Shown here one piece after another: positions 58,536 through 64,000 of a stretch of 64,000 bases of DNA; within the stretch, counting starts at the first letter, position 1, and each line of letters starts with the position of its first letter. The notes under the pieces are model-generated. The model did not search any database and had not been told where the DNA came from. It worked only from the letters and a program-made list of their open reading frames with translations. The stretch is from NCBI RefSeq assembly GCF_902713615.1, contig NC_052169.1, forward strand, positions 18,186,439 through 18,250,438, in the 5' to 3' direction. This stretch comes from Scyliorhinus canicula (taxonomy: Eukaryota). A program made the translations under genes and the position numbers.

Positions 58536-59865
58536 GATTGGATTGGATTGGATTTGTTTATTGTCACGTGTACCGAGGTACAGTGAAAAGTATTTTTCTG
58601 CGAGCAGATCAACAGATCATTCAGTACATGGGAAGAAAAGGGAATTAAACAAAATTCAAGAAAATACAAGAAAATACATAATAGGGCAACACAAGATATA
58701 CAATGTAACTACATAAGCACTGGCATCGGATGAAGCAGACAGGGTGTCATGTTAATGAGATCAGTCAATAAGAGGGTCATTTAGGAGTCTGGTGACAGTG
58801 GGGAAGAAACTGTTTTTGAGTTGTTCGTGCGTGTTCTCAGACTTCTGTATTTCCTGCCCGATGGAAGAAGTTGGAAGAGTGAGTAAGCCGGGTGGGAGGG
58901 ATCCTTGATTATGCTGCCCGCTTTCCCCAGGCAGCGGGAGGTGTAGATGGAGTCCATGGATGGGAGGCAGGTTCGTGTGATGGACTGGGTGGTGTTCACA
59001 ACTCTCTGAAGTTTCTTGTGGTCCTGGGCCGAGCAGTTGCCATACCAGGCTGTGATGCAGCCAGATGGGATGCTTTCTATGGTGCATCTGTAAAAGTTGG
59101 TAAGGGTTAATGTGGACATGCCGAATTTCCTTAGTTTCCTGAGGAAGTATAGGCGCTGTTGTGCTTTCTTGGTGATAGTGTCGACGTGGGTGGACCAGGA
59201 CAGATTTTTGGTGATGTGCACCCCGACGAATTTGAAACTGCTAACCAGCTCCACCTCGGCCCCGTTGATGCTGACAGGGGTGTGTACAGTACTTTGCTTC
59301 CTGAAGTCAATGACCAGCTCTAGTTTTGCTGGCATTGAGGGAGGTTGTTGTCGCTGCACCACTCCACTAGGTTCTCTATCTCCCTCCTATATTCTGACTC
59401 GCCGTTATTCAAGATCCGGCCCACTATGTTCGCATCGTCAGCAAACTTGTAGATGGAGTTGGAACCAAGTTTTGCCACGCAGTCGTGTGTGTACAGGGAG
59501 TAGAGTAGGGGGCTAAGTACACAGCCTTGCGGGGAACCGGTATTGAGGACTATTGTGGAGGAGGTGTTGGTGTTCATTCTTACTGACTGTGGTCTGTTGG
59601 TCAGAAAATCGAGGATACAGTTGCAGAGTGGAGAGCCAAGCCCTAGGTTTTGAAGCTTTGATATGAGCTTGGCTGGGATTATGGTGTTGAAGGCGGAGCT
59701 GTAGTCTGATGTAGGAGTCCTTGTTTTCGAGATGCTCTAGGGATGAGTGTAGGGCCAGGGAAATGGCGTCTGATGTGGACCGGTTGCGACAGTATGCGAA
59801 TTGAAGTGGGTCAAGGCGATCCGGGAGTATGGAGGTGATGCGTTTCATGATCAGCCTCTCTCGTA
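58536..59865 (-). mobile_element. 5'-truncated Rex1/Babar-like LINE in the 3' UTR of copy C
   Basis: [51 protein letters not shown]; (TCCAA)n tail; absent from units 1 and 2. Confidence 0.85.
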
Positions 59866-59897
59866 GCACCGCTATGAATTTAAACTTCTCCTTTCTC

Positions 59898-60163
59898 CTA
59901 TAACTGATTAAGCTCAGGTGCCTCCATTTCAGAATAAATAGGGTTTTCTTCCATTTTTAGCGGGCCATGTTTTGGGTCATTTTCCTCCAGGTGGGACTGT
60001 GTCTCCGTGTTTCTGAGACTCCCAGTCTCAGGGTAGCTGATCAAAGAGTAATCCTGGTCATCAGATGACACAATGGGATCTTGCTCTTTCAACGGTGACT
60101 GGTCATTGAGTTCAGTGGCTGGAGAGGTTTCAACCTGACGCCCATGGTTCAGGTGGTCTTTGC
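59898..60163 (-). CDS. Copy C exon 10 (QDYSLI, NPIYSEM); the rest of gene C lies beyond the window
   Basis: Paralog of 4967..5232, open. Confidence 0.75.
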
Positions 60164-60311
60164 CTAGGTATTAAGAGAGATTGTGTTTAATGAGGCTCGC
60201 CAGCAATTGAAGGCAAATAATGACAGCGAACAGTTTAGTTCCATGAGATAAAGGTTTAGGAGCTTTCAACAGTTACAGGTTGGATTGTACTGAAAGATTA
60301 AAGCTACTTAC

Positions 60312-60346
60312 GTTTCGCTCCCTGGGTTTCAGTTTTGTCTCCATCA
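60312..60346 (-). CDS. Copy C exon 9
   Basis: Paralog of 5382..5416 with splice sites intact. Confidence 0.65.
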
Positions 60347-61212
60347 CTTCGGAAAGCAGAAAATGAAAAAAGTGAAAACTGAGTCACAAAAGATTCAAGT
60401 AATATTTTAACATCTTTCATTGGAGTCTTGATTCAGCCACTTTCTGCCCAAGGTCTGGATTTGAACCCAGCCCAGGCTGAAATTCTCTCATTCACATTGC
60501 TCCTCTCTCTCGTTGCTTCTCTGAACCTCTCTGTCTGTCTGTCTGTTTAATTCTCTCCTTGACTTCCTGTGTCTCTCTCGCTGACACTCTGGCCAAAGTG
60601 ACCAACTGTGGCTGCCGGGGCGGGGGGGGGGATGCGTAGACCTGTGAGGGCAGAGGGGTGGGGTAGGGTGAACTACACGCTACCAGCCCATCCATTCAGT
60701 TGCAGGTGATCCCATAACTCAAAACAAAATGCATGCCAGGCCAAATGCATGTGCAGAAACAACCAGCAAAGGAAGGAATTGGGGACAAAATCCTTCCCTG
60801 GAAGGCCCGAACCATCAGGATACAGGTGAAAGGCCGAAATACGGGACAGTCCAACCTGGTCAGGATTTTCTGGCCCAACCAATCATCACGGGCAGGGTGG
60901 AAAATTTGACAGACCTGCAAAAGATCCATTGACTTTGAACGGGAGCAGAAAATCCCCGACGTGACTGACTTTTATTCCTTGTGTTTCTTTATCTATTTCT
61001 CTGATGGACTCCCTCCACTTTTCTCTATCTCCCTTTTCTCTCTCTCTCCCTTCCCTCACGCAGCCTGTCCGTCTGTCTTTGCCTCAGTCTCTATCTCTCT
61101 CTCTCTCTCTCTCCATATCTGTCTAACTGTCTGAAATAAAAATAGAAAATGCTGGAAATCCTCAACAGATCTGGCAGCTTGGCTGGAGAGAGAACCAGAG
61201 TTAACAATTCAG

Positions 61213-61960
61213 GGGCAGGATTCTCCGCAAACCGGTGGGGCGGGCCACTCCAGCACAGAGGAGTGGCGTGAACCACGGCGTGAACCACGGTGGGTCGGAG
61301 AATCGCCCGGGGCTGGCGTCAATCCCGCCCCAGACATGTCCCGAATTCTCCGCCACCCGTGATTCGGCGGGGGCGGGAATCGCGCTACGCCGGTCAGCGG
61401 GCCCCCCGCGGCGATTCTCCGGCCCGCGAAGGGCTAAAGTCCCGCTGCTGACAAGCCTCTCCCGCCGGCGTGGAATAAACCACCTACCTTACCGGGATTG
61501 GCAGCGTGGGCGGGTGCCGGGGTCCTGGGGGGGCCGATCTGACCCCGGGGAATGCCCCTACGGTGGCCTGGCCCGCCGATCGGCCGGCGGGCCTGTGCCG
61601 TGGGGGCACTCTTTTCCTTCCGCCTTTGCCATAGTCTTCACCATGCCGGAGGCGGAAGAGACCCCCTCCCCTGCGCATGCGCCGGTATGACGTCAACAGC
61701 TGCTGACGCTCCGGCGCATGCGCAGACTTACGCCGACCAGCGAAGTCCTTTCGGCCCCGGCTGGCATGGCGCCAAATTCCGCTCATGCCAGCCAGCGGAG
61801 CGGGAACCACTCCGGCGTGGGCCTAGCCCCTCAATGTGAGGGCTTGGCCTCTAAAGGTGCGGCGACATCCGCAACTTTGGGGCGGCCCGACGCTGGAGTG
61901 GTTCATGCCACTCCAACACGCGGACCCCCCGCCCCGCCGGGTAGGGGAGAGTCCTGGCCC
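61213..61960. mobile_element. MITE specific to copy C
   Basis: GGGCAGGATTCTCC ... GGAGAGTCCTGGCCC. Confidence 0.7.
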
Positions 61961-62162
61961 ATGTCACTGACCCTTCATCAGGACTGAGGAAAGTGTGAAA
62001 TGTTATAAGTTCTGAACAACTAAATACAGAGGCAGTGTGGGATGGACAGAAGAACTAAAGGTAACTTCTATTGTAGGGGGAAGGGTAGGGGAGGTTAAGT
62101 GACAAAGGTTTCAGGGTAAAATGTCAAAAACCTTAGTAATGGGACAAGCAAAGAAACAAAAG

Positions 62163-62863
62163 GGGCGCGATTCTCCGCACCTGTGGAGATTCGCGGAAGC
62201 CGCCGTGAAAGAGGTCGTCTCTCACGACGGCTTCGGTGCCAGGGACCCGATTCTCCCCCCTGGGCGGGGATAGGCGCAGGGCCCCGGGGTTCTCGGCTGC
62301 GCGGCCTTGACGACTGAATGACGCGCGGCTGGCGCCTGTATGACGCCAGACGCGCATGCGCAGGTTGGAGGCTCCAACCTGCGCATGTGCGGATGACGTC
62401 ATCACGCAGACGGCTCCGACCCGCGCATGCGCGGAGCCGTCTTTTCCCTTACCCACCCCGCAAGACGTGGCGGCTTGATGTTGCGGGCGACGGAGGGAAA
62501 ATAGTGCGTCCGTTTTGGACGCAGGCCCGACAATTGGTGGGCACCGATCGCGGGCCTGTCCCCTCCCGAGCACGGCCGTGGTGCTCATTACCCAAACGGG
62601 CGCCTAGAAGCCCCAAACGGGCTTCTGGCGCCCGTTTCACGACGGCAGCGACCAGGTGTGGTTGCCGCTGTCGTGAAAAGGTCGGGAACGGCCAGCCACT
62701 TGGCCCATCGGGCTGGGAGAATCGCCGTTCACCTTGAAAAACGGCGAGCGGCGATTCGGCGAGCCGGTGGGGGGGGGGGGGAGAAACGCGGGGGGGTCGT
62801 AAAAAATGTCGGAGGCCCTCCCGCGATTCTCCCAGGCCGCGTGGGGAGCGTAGAATTACGCCC
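62163..62863. mobile_element. Related MITE specific to copy C, TSD AAG
   Basis: aag|GGGCGCGATTCTCC ... GAATTACGCCC|aag. Confidence 0.75.
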
Positions 62864-63914
62864 AAGATGTGTCTAGAAGAGGTGTGAATGGCAAAGAACG
62901 ACACAAAGGAAAAAAATTGCAAATAAAAAAGACACAAAACAAACTGAAGACAGAGGATACAGCTGGAATGTTCTAATTTCTTGACAAAGTGTCAATTTTG
63001 GTGGGAAAAGCGGAATGCAGCACAGCGGCTGTGCTGTTGGCTTTTCCTGCCCTATTTTTGACACACTATTAAAAAAACAAATTTAAGGGGTGGAACCCAC
63101 GATGTCCCGCTGGTAAGGGGAGCTCTGAAGCAATTTCAGCTTTCAAAAGATCAGGGTGCCCTTGACAACAAATAAAAATCCCCCCCCCCCCCCCCCCCCC
63201 CCGCAACATCAAACACCCCCCCATCCCCTCACCACTGAATTCCCTCTCTCTAACCCCTAAAACCCCCCCCGACACCTCCCCCACAGAAATTACTCATGCA
63301 CCCCCCCCCCCCCACCACGGAAACCCCCCACCAGGGACAGCCCTGGCACTGGCTCTTGTGTGTTGAATGGACAATTCAACTTGGGGGGATAATCAGACCT
63401 AAAGTCCTGATCTGCAGATTTAAACAGATGTAAACGGGAAACCCCACTTTTAAAGTCGGGATTCCCGTTGTGTCAGTGATGGGGAAAATCGAGTGTGGAA
63501 ATTCCGTCAGCGCAAAAGCCATTTTGGGGCTCCCGCTTCATTCCCCACCCCCTCTGTTGTTCCTGTCCCCTGAAAACTGGGGTGGGAACTCCTGGTATAT
63601 GATCTAAAATTGTTGAATTAATTGTTGAGTCCAGAAGGCTATAAAGTTGAAAGATGGGTGCTGTTCCTCGAGCTTGCCTTGAGCTTCACTGGAACATTGC
63701 AGCAGGCCAAGGGCCGGGAGGTCAGGGCAAGGTGGAGAATTAAAATGACAAGTAACTGGGAGCTCGGGCTCACACTTACAGACTGAATTGAGGTGTTCTG
63801 CAAAATGGTCACCCAGTCTGCATTTGGTGTTCCCCAATGCAGGCCACACAACGAGCAGCAAATACAATATGCTGGCTACATTGTAAATGGTACAAGTAGA
63901 TTGCTGAAATTAAT

Positions 63915-64000
63915 GTTTGGTGTAATTATGATGCCGGCAGTGGAGGGGAGGCTGAGATAGTGGTAGCGCTGGACGCGGAGAAGGCATTCGATAGGGTGGA
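63915..64000 (+). mobile_element. Start of a 5'-truncated L1/Tx1-type LINE RT fragment
   Basis: Translates IMMPAVEGEAEIVVALDAEKAFDRV; interrupts the Penelope relic. Confidence 0.7.

Larger units (their letters stand above)
52046..64000. repeat. Tandem segmental unit 3 (partial, more diverged after ~60960)
   Basis: Colinear with units 1/2 but carries different TE insertions. Confidence 0.9.

Overview
Eukaryotic, repeat-rich vertebrate DNA. V-SINE/HE1-like and Deu-domain SINEs, CR1/L2 tails and GC-rich Harbinger-type MITEs suggest a shark or other elasmobranch (inference). The window is a tandem array of ~24-28 kb units: position 1 aligns with 23921 and 52046. Each unit carries a minus-strand, 10-exon immunoglobulin-superfamily receptor gene that I assembled by hand from splice sites; all nine introns are GT..AG and all phases agree. 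Architecture: signal peptide, a Cys-rich polybasic Ig-like domain (D1), a canonical V-set domain (D2) with a 27-bp-repeat mucin stalk, a second Ser/Thr stalk exon, an uncharged TM, and a long tail with five Tyr-based motifs. Copy B (30728-47085) is intact at 1794 nt / 597 aa. Copy A (4967-19159) has a TGA in D2 (CGA in B). Only the last two exons of copy C are in the window. A and B differ almost only by amino-acid-changing substitutions in D2 loops, and differ at the terminal YxxM motif. Other notable structure: an inverted templated insertion, a relic promoter copy in intron 2, a VNTR containing RSS-like heptamers, and mosaic spacers that record unequal crossover. Most long ORFs in the track are artefacts of the minisatellite or decayed transposons. 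Limits: no database searches were run, so family assignment and novelty are unverified; all counts were made by eye; two N-gaps and long homopolymers mean assembly errors are possible.
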